Positions 41,430 to 52,800 of a stretch of 64,000 nt of DNA are shown here, one piece after another. A program made the translations under genes and the position numbers. Position 1 is the first letter of the stretch. Every line of letters starts with the position of its first letter. Source of the stretch: Magallana gigas (Eukaryota); assembly GCF_963853765.1 (NCBI RefSeq), contig NC_088855.1, positions 3,038,001-3,102,000 of the forward strand, given 5' to 3'. The notes beneath the pieces were generated by a model. The model saw nothing but the letters and a program-made list of their open reading frames with translations, did no database searches and was not told the origin of the DNA.

Positions 41430-41779
41430 TTAACGTTAAATGAGACATTAATTTAAATTTGGAGACTTCACACTGAAAATGACATTCTTTGATCGGAGCT
41501 AGTGATCAAAGGAAAAAAAAATTATCAGTCAAATAATCTCTTCATCATTCGAGCTTAACGTTAAATGAGACATGAATAACATTCGGAGACACTTACACTT
41601 TTCAGATCACCAAATACACAACACTGTGGGATTGATACGAGGGTTGCTCCAAAAGTAGTGTCACAGTTGCAATAAAATCATGAAAACTCGCTGTAATGAC
41701 AAAATTTCGAAGTGTATTATATTTACATATATTTCTTTAGATCTGAAAATTTTAGTGCAAAACGATATTTGTTTCCGAA

Positions 41780-43056
41780 GACAACGTATATAGAGCGTTA
41801 AGTAAGGACAGTCCCCGCACGCCTGCGACGTTGTTTATGTATTTTTATCTGTAAAATCCAGTCGTCCCGGGTACCAAACACAATTCTATGTTCTATTATT
41901 GTAATTTTCAATAGAATTTTCCAGATTGTTTTCAAAATATTACACAGTGTTGAAATGGCAAATACTTGAAAAGTGCATTTCTTCTGTTGAGATATTTCAG
42001 ATCTTATTGAGATGTTAATTTTCTGAGTTTGTCCGCGCGAGATCTCAATAAAGTCTAGTGACTGAACAACCAATCATTGCTATAAAAATAGACCTTAACA
42101 TGTAAATGTGCAGAATAGATACATTGTATCAGTTATTAGTCCATCACTTCAGTTGTCGCCGAAGGTGACATCAAAAATCGGCTTTTTTAATGAAAAATTC
42201 TATCTATTTTAGATCCTTTCTAATGAAATATACGTTATCCTCATTTGAGATATTTCAGATATCTATTTGATATATTTCTTTTCTGATTTTGTACGCGCGA
42301 TATATCAAAAACAGTAAGTGATTGAGCAACCAATTTTTGCTTTAAGATAGACCTTTTTATGAATATGTGCAGAATACGCATCAATAACTTGTCTGTCAGT
42401 TCTGGTCGTAACCAGAAGCAAGCAAAATTGTACTTTTTGCTTTTATAATTTTCGAAAGAATTTTCCAGACTTTTTTTTTCAGCGCATTAGTGTAAATGGT
42501 AAATACATGAGTATTGCTTTTTTCTACTGAGGTATCTCAGATATTTTAAGAATTTTTTCTGATTTTGACTGTGCAAGACTCAATAACGGAAACTGATTGA
42601 GTAACCAAGATTTGCTATATGATAGACCTAAACATGTAGATGTGCAGCAAAGGTATCAATGATTTATCCGGCATGTCCAGTCGTCACCGGAACCAAACAA
42701 AATTGTATTTTTTAAAACTTTCTAATTAATGATAGTATATATTTTAATTTTTTTTTCAAAAATTCTACCCAGGATTAAAATCTCATGGTAAATCATCGAG
42801 ATGATTATTGCGTTTCTTATGTTGAGATATCTCGGATATATCGTTGAAATGTCTCTTTTTTTGTTATTTTCATGTTTTATTTGAAATGTCAGAGTATCAA
42901 GAGAGGAACACGTTTTTTTCTTTTTTTATTATGGTTTTCCGCTTTGCAATTGCAAATGCAACGAAGTGTTTAATGACAACTTTTGTAGTTTAGAGTTTAG
43001 GGTTTTAAAATTCGTCTGGAAGACCTATTCGTTGCTCGCAACGAGATTGCATCTAG
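41780..43056 (+). mobile_element. Helitron/Helentron-like non-autonomous element with ~270-bp internal repeats
   Basis: Three degenerate units (tgagatatttcagat...tagacct...atgtgcag) at about 41985, 42245 and 42525. The 3' end has a tcgttgc-tc-gcaacga hairpin (43029-43044) followed by CTAG|T (43053-43057). The left boundary is approximate. Confidence 0.55.
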
Positions 43057-44116
43057 TTATATTTACTTTTCAGTTATAGAAGTGGGGCCCATTGCATGTA
43101 CATGCATTGTATCCCCAAAAATACAGAAAAATTAGTGTTATTTAATTTTTTTTAAAAAGAAGTAGTAAAACATATTTGTAACTAAGTTTCATCCGACGTT
43201 TTTTTTTAAATTGTGACAAACCCCTGGAATTAATTTTCAAACGATTGTCCGTCTCCTTGAAATAATCTTAAAATAAGGTAAATTTGTGTGACGGTTTTGA
43301 TTTTCATCAAATGACCTTCTTATCTTTTTTATAATGGAGGGGCCGGCAAGAAATGCATGTTATGATATTTGTGAAAACAAAATTAATGATACACGTATAT
43401 GTGAGAGTAGAAGATTAGACAATTAGATAATTAAGGGGTCCTCTAAGGGGCACAGGTATAGAGTATACCTATGTTCACCTGAAAAGTACAAGAGTTGATT
43501 ATTCATTATTACTTTCGTCATATGTTGAATTCATCTTATTTAATTGTAAAAAGTTTAAAGGAATGAACACGATTTCTTAAACTAAGATGTCACTCTCCTT
43601 GTTAAGGTAGAATAACACACCTGGAAAAAGTCACTCGAATTAAAAGGAATTTTTTTGATAATGAAAGATACAATAATGTTTTTCAAAGTTTGAGGATTCA
43701 GTAATTCTTGATCATATATTCAATGTAAGAGAAATGGAAAAATATGTGAAACATGCGTATAAAATTATCAAAACAAAAATAAAGATTAAATTTAAAACAA
43801 ACGACAAGCAAAACAAATGGTTTGGCTCAAATCCTAATGTAAGAGATAGAAATGCATTGAATTCCCTTGAGAAGATATTTCTTTTAACAACAATAATTTA
43901 TAAGATCTATATATGGTTTTTTTTATCTATACTTGTATTTCTTAACTTCCCTCTCAATTTTCTTTGACAATATTAAAATGAAAACTAATGTTTAGGGGAT
44001 ATCTGAGTGATTCGAGATAGTTAGTACAATTTACATGTACAAATATTTAAAAAAAAATTAACTAGCTAGTATTTTTTTCTGTACATATGTCAAATTACGT
44101 ATGTTATTCTTTTTAA

Positions 44117-44360
44117 AGGGGCATGGTCACGATTTTGGTCAAAAATTAATTTTCCGTTTTTAATGTATACAATACTTCATTAAGGCAATTTTGATAGGCA
44201 GCCAAAATTCGAGTGCCATTCGTTAAGTTATCAGCGATTTACTGAGCTTACAATTCTTTGCTATGTAAACAAATATTTTGTTTACATTCTGAATGTCGAA
44301 GACCTAAAATGAATGTGTTAAATATTAGAAACTTGTTTTTGTTAAAATGAATATTAAGAA
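44117..44360 (+). mobile_element. Left end of another TTAA-flanked, Kolobok-type repeat (ttaa|aggggcatggtcacg)
   Basis: TTAA followed by purine-rich AGGGGCATGGTCACG. No matching right end was found, so it is truncated or interrupted; the end coordinate is approximate. Confidence 0.4.
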
Positions 44361-47300
44361 GATAGAATAAGCCATACTTATCCCGTAAAGTTGCATTTTA
44401 GTGCTGAAATTAATCAAATATGATACAATGTATATAATATGCTTGTATTTTATAATATTTTACTTTATCCCATGATATTGTATCATTTGATATGATACAA
44501 TGTTGTATCAAATTATATTCTATCTTAGAATACAATACCATGCTTTAATATTTACATTCACTTTCTTTCCCTCTATTAAATTGCATTTGTTGATTTGAGT
44601 GATATTTACGCACAAAACAGAAGACCCGATCACCAAATCTGGTGCGTATGAATACATTTAGTATTCCTTCAGTATTTCTCGAAGAACAAGAACTGAATCT
44701 TCTCGCGACTTCAAATAGGATAACTACCTGATATCATATTTACGCTGATAAATATTTCATTGATGTAAATATATTTTGACAGTTAAATGAATTCAATTGA
44801 TTAATTTCTTAGTTTACCAAGAGTAAATTCATTAAATTACAGAAAGAAAAATAAAATTGTGTTATTAGAATTTAAAACGCTGTGCACTATTTTTGTCAGC
44901 ATATTTCGGCTGTTCCAGTGGCCATTCCGTCAATTTCGCACTACTCGTTGAATAAGACAGAGCTTTTTAAAAAAAAATCATATTTGCGGGAAGGAAATAC
45001 ATGTTTAAAAAACGTAAATACAAGCATTGATTCATTATTTGAAACGATGAGTGCAAACAAAATTTCATAACGCGCTAGCGCGCGTTATACAATTTGTATG
45101 CACATACCGTTGCAGTTATGAGACCACATCTTTCAAAAAATAATGATTCAATGCTTGATATATCTCACAAATTGTTAAGGTATTTTATGGTATTATATGA
45201 TATATATTGTAAGTATGATAGGATGCAATTTTAATTTTGTATTATTGTATTGATTAACATATGAACATATGATTATCATACCATTTTTTAACAGATGATA
45301 TACGATATTGTGTCAAAACAGAATCCATGAATATCCATGATCATAAAGGATGGTTTTCATATAATATGATACAGGTGGTCTCATAAAAGTGATGCCTCAT
45401 AAAGGTGATGCCTCGTCTCGGTGAGCTTTGTAATATGTTATTACCTATGTTTTATAATTGCGGAGCTCTCCATCGTTTAAAGGGTTCCGAGGCATATTTT
45501 GGATTTTTTTTTTATAAAATTAATAAAATTAAATTATCAAGCAGGATAGGGTCCGGACTCCTATCCCGTTTTACTGCGTAAATTTATTAATATTGAATTT
45601 TCCGGGGGCGGATCCCCTCTCCCCCTCTAGATCCATGCATGAGCAAAAAGTGTCGCATAATGAAATTAGAATGTTACTGTGATTGGTCCACGGTAAACAG
45701 ACGGCTGGTAAGTGACAGGAGTCTAGAAGTGCAAATGTACACATTATGGCGGACATTAAATTGTGTGTGGAGTAGATAATGATTAGGCATAGCCAGCACT
45801 GGTAAACATATATGTTACATGTACACATTCAAATATTTATAAACATTCGTACCTGTATTAAATTCTATGTAATCGACCGAGACTGAATGCAATCAAAAAA
45901 TTAAAGGCGAAGGCGAAAGTGCGAAGATGCGAAGGCCAGAGTGCAAAGTTGGGAAGGAGCGATAGTAGAATCGCTCCTTCGCCTTCGAACCTTCGCACTT
46001 TAGGCATCACATCTTCGCGCTTCGTCGTCGCATCTTCGCACTTTTGCTCATTCGCCTTCGCACTATCGCCTTTGCAACTTAGGTCGAAGTGGCCCTATCG
46101 GAACACCATAGATATATGTAAATGTAATTGTTAAGATGACAACCATACCCCGATGCAATACGTCAATATCTTGTTATAACGGAAGGATTTTTATTTTCTA
46201 AGACATACCCCTTCTTTCACTTTAAGTTTATTTGAATATGAATTATAATTAAGGTTTTCCGCTGGGAGCGGAAAACCTTACTATTATTCGGAAAAATTTT
46301 CAAATTTCTTATTATTTTTTTTTTTCTTCTAGACGCCAACTTTGATCCTTAATATCTCGCTCGTTTGTTCACCGATTGTTTTGAAATTTTCAGGACTGAT
46401 AACATGCCGCGTGATGTTGTCGTTGCCTATTTTAGTTGAGAAAAATCCCTATCCGGTTTTGAGTTATTCCCCTTTTAGTAAAATTTAACGACTTCTTTTG
46501 TCCAGGGGGTTTAGCTTTAACGATGACTTGCAGAGTCTCAAAGATGGGCTGGTTTGGAAGCTAATACATTGAATTTGTGCGAGATATATTTTATTTATTA
46601 TTTAAATGCAAATAAAAGGGGTGGTATAGATGTTGAAACAAAGGTAAGAAAAAAAATCAAAAAAATTCGCGTATTTTCCGTGTTAGTTTTCTACCTGATA
46701 AAAATTTGTTATAACATGTATTTTAAAAGTTCTTGGTCTTACTCAGACCTTTCATTCGGTATGCCGAAAAAAGGGCTGGCCCTTATAATTAGGGAGTTAG
46801 AGGCGTCCAAAGTTTCTTGTCAATAACTTAAAAAGGAATAAAAATTTCTAATGCATTATTGAAGCAAAGTTGTAAAGAAATTAATTTTGAATCCTTCTAT
46901 AGTAGTCAATTTAATGTTTTCGTAATTTATAGTCAGTATTTGCAGAAACAATTGTTGTCAGTTCGGTCCATTTTTGTGGGGGTGCGCACGTTTATGAGGT
47001 TATGAAAGGGCTTCTTGTAATGCACTAACTGATACATGTAGTGCGCAAAAATAATTCCACATAAAATTCCCAAATGTTTCTATTCATATGTACATTTTCA
47101 TTTCATATAGATGAACCTCTTTGACCTTATTTTTGTTGTTTGTTTCATAACTGTGCCCCTGTCTATATTTAGATGCATTACGAGACTCAGGTAACCGATC
47201 GATAGGAGAGTCGCTAGCTGTATTCAGGCCGTCGCCTTGACGATAGTGCATGTGCTTGTAGAGCTGGACGTACACGTTTAACGCGTCGCCCCCTGTGTTA

Positions 47301-49651
47301 CTGTAGAAGAGACATTTTGAATTGTTTCAGTACTGGGAGATGTGTTAATAAAATGGTTCCAATGCATGGTAATTAAACTCAACTTTTCTACAATACGTAT
47401 ACACGGCCGTCTTATAAAGCACAATGTGTATTACTGACATGACAATTGTACGCTGGCAATTTAAACGAACGCGGGATTGCTCCCGATAGAACAATTCTTT
47501 TAAAGCAAAAAAAAAAAAATACTGATTTGCGATGGATATAATATAATTATCATCGTGGAGATGATTTTAAAAAGTGAACTTAATATTCGTATACGATAAT
47601 ATTTGAATCCAAAGCCGCTAGTTTTAAGTTACGGTTATCAGGGATATTAATTATGACTTGCCCCGCGTTTCAGGTTCTTTACTTGCAAAACATCTACAAA
47701 CGAAAATACCAAACAACCTTCAGCAGTAACTTATAAATTATTTATTCCATACACAATTCTAAAGAGGTAATTAATAAATTTTATAAATGCTTTATACGTG
47801 TATACATTCGCTATCTTCCATGGAAAAAAGAGGCATGGAAAAAATGTTGTTCAATGTTCATCAAATACGCTGTAGTCTTAGCAATCGAAAATAATTAACA
47901 AGCTGTATATTGATAGATTGACATATCAACAAACATTCAGACCCGCAATGTGTTTTTTTACAAGTTCTATAAAATGTAGAATCAATGACTGAATTCTTTA
48001 CCGTTTTCCGTGTTGGTTATTTTGAATCACGTGTGTACGTTATGTGTAGCCATAAAGATGAACACTTTAAGTGTTTAATTTTTATAAGAAATTGTGTACA
48101 TGCAGAGCAATGCAATGCTAGGACAATTAAATTCCAACAATGTATATGGTGAGGCCGGTCAGACTGATACTGGTTCTGCTTGTTCTACAAATAGCGAATG
48201 TAAGACGAAGTATTTGGGTGTTATATTTTAAACAAATATAAGTATTGCTTGCATTACTCAACAAAGTATTTTATTGGAATCATTCTTAGTTACCTTAACT
48301 GCATATGTACCGCTCGGTCTGTATCCCGGAAAAATTGACTACCATCCGAAATTTTTCATACAAGGTCTACAGACTTGCAGCTAACATTACCTTTAAAAAT
48401 ACATTTTAGAATTTGCCGCTGTTTATAAATTCATTAAAAAGACGCGCAGAATCAAGTAGTAATATGTCGTTTGATATGGGTTTCATGACGTCTATTTATA
48501 TTGTTTTCATTAAAATTATTTCATTATTTCAAGCTTGTGGGTGGAATGAAATCAGTTTCACATGTTATATGACATTAAAGATGTCCTCTCCCCACTTTTT
48601 CTCGCAGCAACTATTTTTTTAAAATTTACATAAAAAATTGAATTATCATGGAGTTGCCCCTCCCCCCTTTTTTGTAGCATGTAAAAAAAAATGGAATGAA
48701 AATCTTGATATTATGAGTGAAATTTTGAAAATTTTGGAAAATTCTTTTAAAAAATTTTTCATTTTTTTGCTTGTCAAGATTTGTTGGATGAGTTTGCCCC
48801 CCGCCCCCTACTTTCAAAAACGATGCTACGTGCACATAACCGATCCAGATAAATATAATTACATGTACATGTATCAAAAATAAACTTAAAAAACAAACTA
48901 CACATTCATCCTTCACCCACAATATTGCCTTTTCGATATTTGTCATCGTTGTAGACCCGTGTAACAATCTGTTACATTATATATGTAAGTAGGTGCTTGC
49001 ACGACAAAGAACCCCTTGCTGATCTACATTTTCATTAACGCATACAAAGAAAAAATATATTTTGATTTATTTTTGAATTTCTTTTGATGTAAAGAATTAG
49101 AGAAGAAATTGGTTCTCAGTCTCTCTTTATGCCTGTTTGTTAGCTGTTAATCCAAGTTCATTTTGAATATCCTTTTGTAATTTAAAAAATGCGATGTAAT
49201 TTTTTTTTCATGCAATATTTCGGATAAAGCAATGAAGAGTTGTTTCCTGAAATTTTATTAGACCATAAAATTGTAAAATGCTAACATTGAAAATTGTGCC
49301 CGATTTCTTTCTTTTTTTAAAGGTAAAACTTTATTGATTTAAAAAATGATTCTTTGAGACAAACAAATTGACATAATCAACAAGAGTTTGACAATCTCTA
49401 ACTGCAGGTCTGTAGCTTTTAGTCAGGAAAAGAATCGGATGGACGACCTAAGACACAGATCGTCCATCCGAATTTCTTGAAAATTTGCTCTTAATTTCGT
49501 ACGCGGACGCAATACTCACCGAGACTAAATGGTTCGTATCTTAAGTTTTAACTGCTTTGAAAGGTTATATTGGTTCTCTGATAATTTTGAACATGAATAT
49601 TTAAATAAAAATGGTTAAAATTATAGTAAAATTACCGGCATCGGTCTTCTC

Positions 49652-49827
49652 CGTGCGCGGATCTAGAAGGGGAAGGGTTCCAGACCCCCCCCCCCCCCAG
49701 CGAAATTTCTTTCAATTACGTGTACATTATAAACTTAACAAATATGCCTCGGACATCCCTTGGCAAACTCAAATAACCGTCTGACTTTCCAACCCCCACC
49801 CCGGAAAAATTTTCTGATCCGCGCATG
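49652..49827. mobile_element. Short MITE with (CA/CG)TGCGCGGATC termini, same family as 1-158
   Basis: cgtgcgcggatctagaagggg ... ggaaaaattttctgatccgcgcatg. Confidence 0.65.
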
Positions 49828-52800
49828 TTCCCACTCCTCAAAATACAAAATTATTCTTCAAAACCCCTTGTAAAATTTCCAGGATCTCCCTATATATACT
49901 AAGAGATTCATTGGCGCTTGCGTTCGATAAAAATGGGTGTAAAACGTTTGCCAATGGTCTTTTTACCTTCGTACCGGGCATAACCACAGTCCCACTCTGT
50001 GAATAAAATGCGGCGAATCAAACTAGAGACAACGTGTTAAGATCTATATTTGCTTATAAACATGTAGTATCATCGTGCAAAATGCACTGTTCAATTATAA
50101 AAAATTTTTTTGACTTTACTTGTAAAATTCGTAATTTTTTCTAACAGTTTATATCTTACAAAGTTACTTCTTTATTTAGTGATTGACACTTTTCAGACTT
50201 TATATGTGATTTCAAAGAGACAGAGTGTCATGTCTCAAGGACTGTTAATCTCTTAAAACAACATTGTGCAATTATCAGATTTTCATTTCTTGGACATCAA
50301 AGACTCACTGAGTTTATTTAATTTTTTATATCTGTAAACCTTCCACTCGGCTTACTTATATCATTACCTGTCAATTTATACTCACTGTTAAGATTCTTAT
50401 AAATAGTTATGTACAATTGGCAATGCGCAGTCTGGAATATGGCGGCCAGCCCCGGCCACGTCCGACTCTCTCAGAGTCTTGAGTCCGGAGACCACTACTG
50501 GCCATATCCGAATTGTTTGTAACATGTCTGTCTGTTAATTTGTTATAATGTTGCCATCGTTGAGTCTCGTCCAATAATGTGGAATCTTGCATCAATTGCC
50601 TGTTTATTTCTCTGGAACTGTATACTGGTGGACCTTCGGGAATACGGCAAACCTACCCTTCGTTTTAGCTTACGGCCCACAGCGCGCCACAACCTTATAC
50701 CTAATACACTTTACGCCAACATTCCCTCACCCGGTTCGTACTGCACACGACCGATGCAGATCCAGACGAATTCTCTATCACCGTAAAATCTACGCGGTCA
50801 CAGATATATAATACTTTGTTTCTCAGTGTTTACACATCTAATATTGTACTATGGTCAGCTATCAATTTTTTGTAATACGTCACAAGTATGACGCAGCTAC
50901 GACGGAAAACCTAATCGTTGCTTGCAACGAGCTCGTCTCTAGTTTCTGTTACTTTCTGTAAACTGCAGCAGTAAAAATAACAATAGTGTAAAGACTATTT
51001 CACAAATAATAAAAAAATATACTGAACAACTTTAATCTACAAGGGGGTCATTATTCTACAGGGGTCACTTTTCTTCATGTGGAGTGTGTTCATTTTTATG
51101 AAAATGACACTTATTCTTCAGGCAAAGGGGTCATTTTTCTACGTAAAATAATGACCGGGGGGTCATTTTTCTGCGTAGAATAATGACCGGGGGGTCATAA
51201 TTCTACGTAGAAAAATGACCCCCGGTCATTATTCTACGGGGGTCATTATTCTTCATTACACCGGCAAAATATCCAGTAAGTATCCGCAAATCTACAATAG
51301 TAAGCCTTAATATCCCGTAAGAATCCGACAAAATATTGTAAGCATCCGTTGATATCCAGTTTGTATCCGTAAATGTATTGTAAGCAGATGCTTGTAATTA
51401 TCTAGTCAATGCATTTATACACGAACGAATTGTAAGCGTCCGTAAAGGTTATCAAGTAAGTATCCACTAATGTATTGCTATCCGCAAATATCCAGTAGGT
51501 ACAAATATAATCATCCGTCAATATCCAGAATTTAGCCACAAATGAATTGTATCCATCCGTAAATATCCAGAAATTATCTGCAGATGTGTTGTAAATATCA
51601 AAAGATGTTCTGTAAAATCCACATTTTTTATAGAAATCTTAAGGTGACTGTTAAAATATATTTTGTATCCGAAATTATCCAAGAGTTACCAAAATATCTG
51701 TAAGAAGCTTAAAATACATAGTTTCATTAAATTTGCAGTAATTGTGCATGCACAATTGTATAAGTGACAAATCATAGGTATTCCTGAATTATCTGGAGTT
51801 AAAGTCAACTTACATGTATACCCATCGATTATCCATAGATATCCGGATAGTATCCGCAAGATTGTTATCGGGTATTCGCAAATATTAAGAAATAACCAAA
51901 ATGGATTTACACATCAAGTCTCCGCGAAAACCAATCGAGCATTTACACCTAGCAAAACAGTTGGAGATGTTTATGGATAAACTATCTGTTTTAATTATCA
52001 AGGTTTGTACGAAGACTGCGATCCTTTCCACGAACGACTGCAGAAAATTGACAAAGAGTGGCCAGGAGCAGCCATCTTGGTGATAAAAAACCAAGTACTT
52101 CCCCAGGTAATTCAGATCTCTTGCTGCCTCTAAAGCAATGTATAAAGTATTAATGAAACGAATTTCCACTGTTGATGAAATTTCAAATGGCACATGTACA
52201 ATTTAAATGTAGCAGCGCCATCCTATACCACCTTGGTAAAACAGCAAATCGTAGAAGTTATCATTAGAGATGAAAATCCACATTTAGAATAAAAACAAAA
52301 TAGTAAATGAGAGGCGTGTTAAATCTGAATCAATCACGAAAACTGTAAAGTTTTTACCCGTAAATGCTTATTTGGATCACAGTAATTATGTTTCTAACGA
52401 TGAACTGTGCACATCTCAAATTGTTCTATTATATACACTGGCCTGTCTATTATATATGCTGCTCTATATATTATATATACTGGTCTATTCATTATATCTA
52501 CTGGTCTATTCATTATTAAACTAAAAGGTCTGAGCAGCATTAGTGTGCTTGATTTGTATTGCCACAAACCATCACTAGGTTGATTAATAGAAACAATACA
52601 GGTTATCTCCATGGAAACCATGCGAACTCCTTAATACAATCTGTTAAGACAAATTTACGTGGAAAGTTGTATTTTAAACAAAGAAAATCAGTCACTGTGA
52701 GGTAACAGCAATAATGTCAAGTTTTAATATGAACCTTAATCGGGCGGGAGCTCATATAAGACGCCTTCAAATTTGACTGCCTGGTTGAAGGATCAAAGAG

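Larger units (their letters stand above)
37260..51260. mobile_element. 14,001-bp TIR DNA transposon, Ginger1-like, apparently non-autonomous, with nested insertions
   Basis: Ends TGTAATGAAGAATAATGACCCCCG... and ...CGGGGGTCATTATTCTTCATTACA are identical for 60 bp (about 72 bp with one mismatch), with subterminal agaataatgacc arrays. CCGG is duplicated at 37256-37259 and 51261-51264. The empty site aaagccggcaaaat is present in copies 1 and 2. I found no transposase ORF. Confidence 0.9.

Noticed and set aside
39130-46134. ORFs 39130-39459, 39142-39339, 39212-39445 and 45919-46134
   Set aside because: They are translations of the palindromic gcgaag repeat family.
50407-50811. GC-richer island with short ORFs on both strands (including FHIIGRDST, superficially like an integrase zinc-finger segment)
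   Set aside because: All frames I translated hit stops quickly and no family motif is complete; left unassigned.
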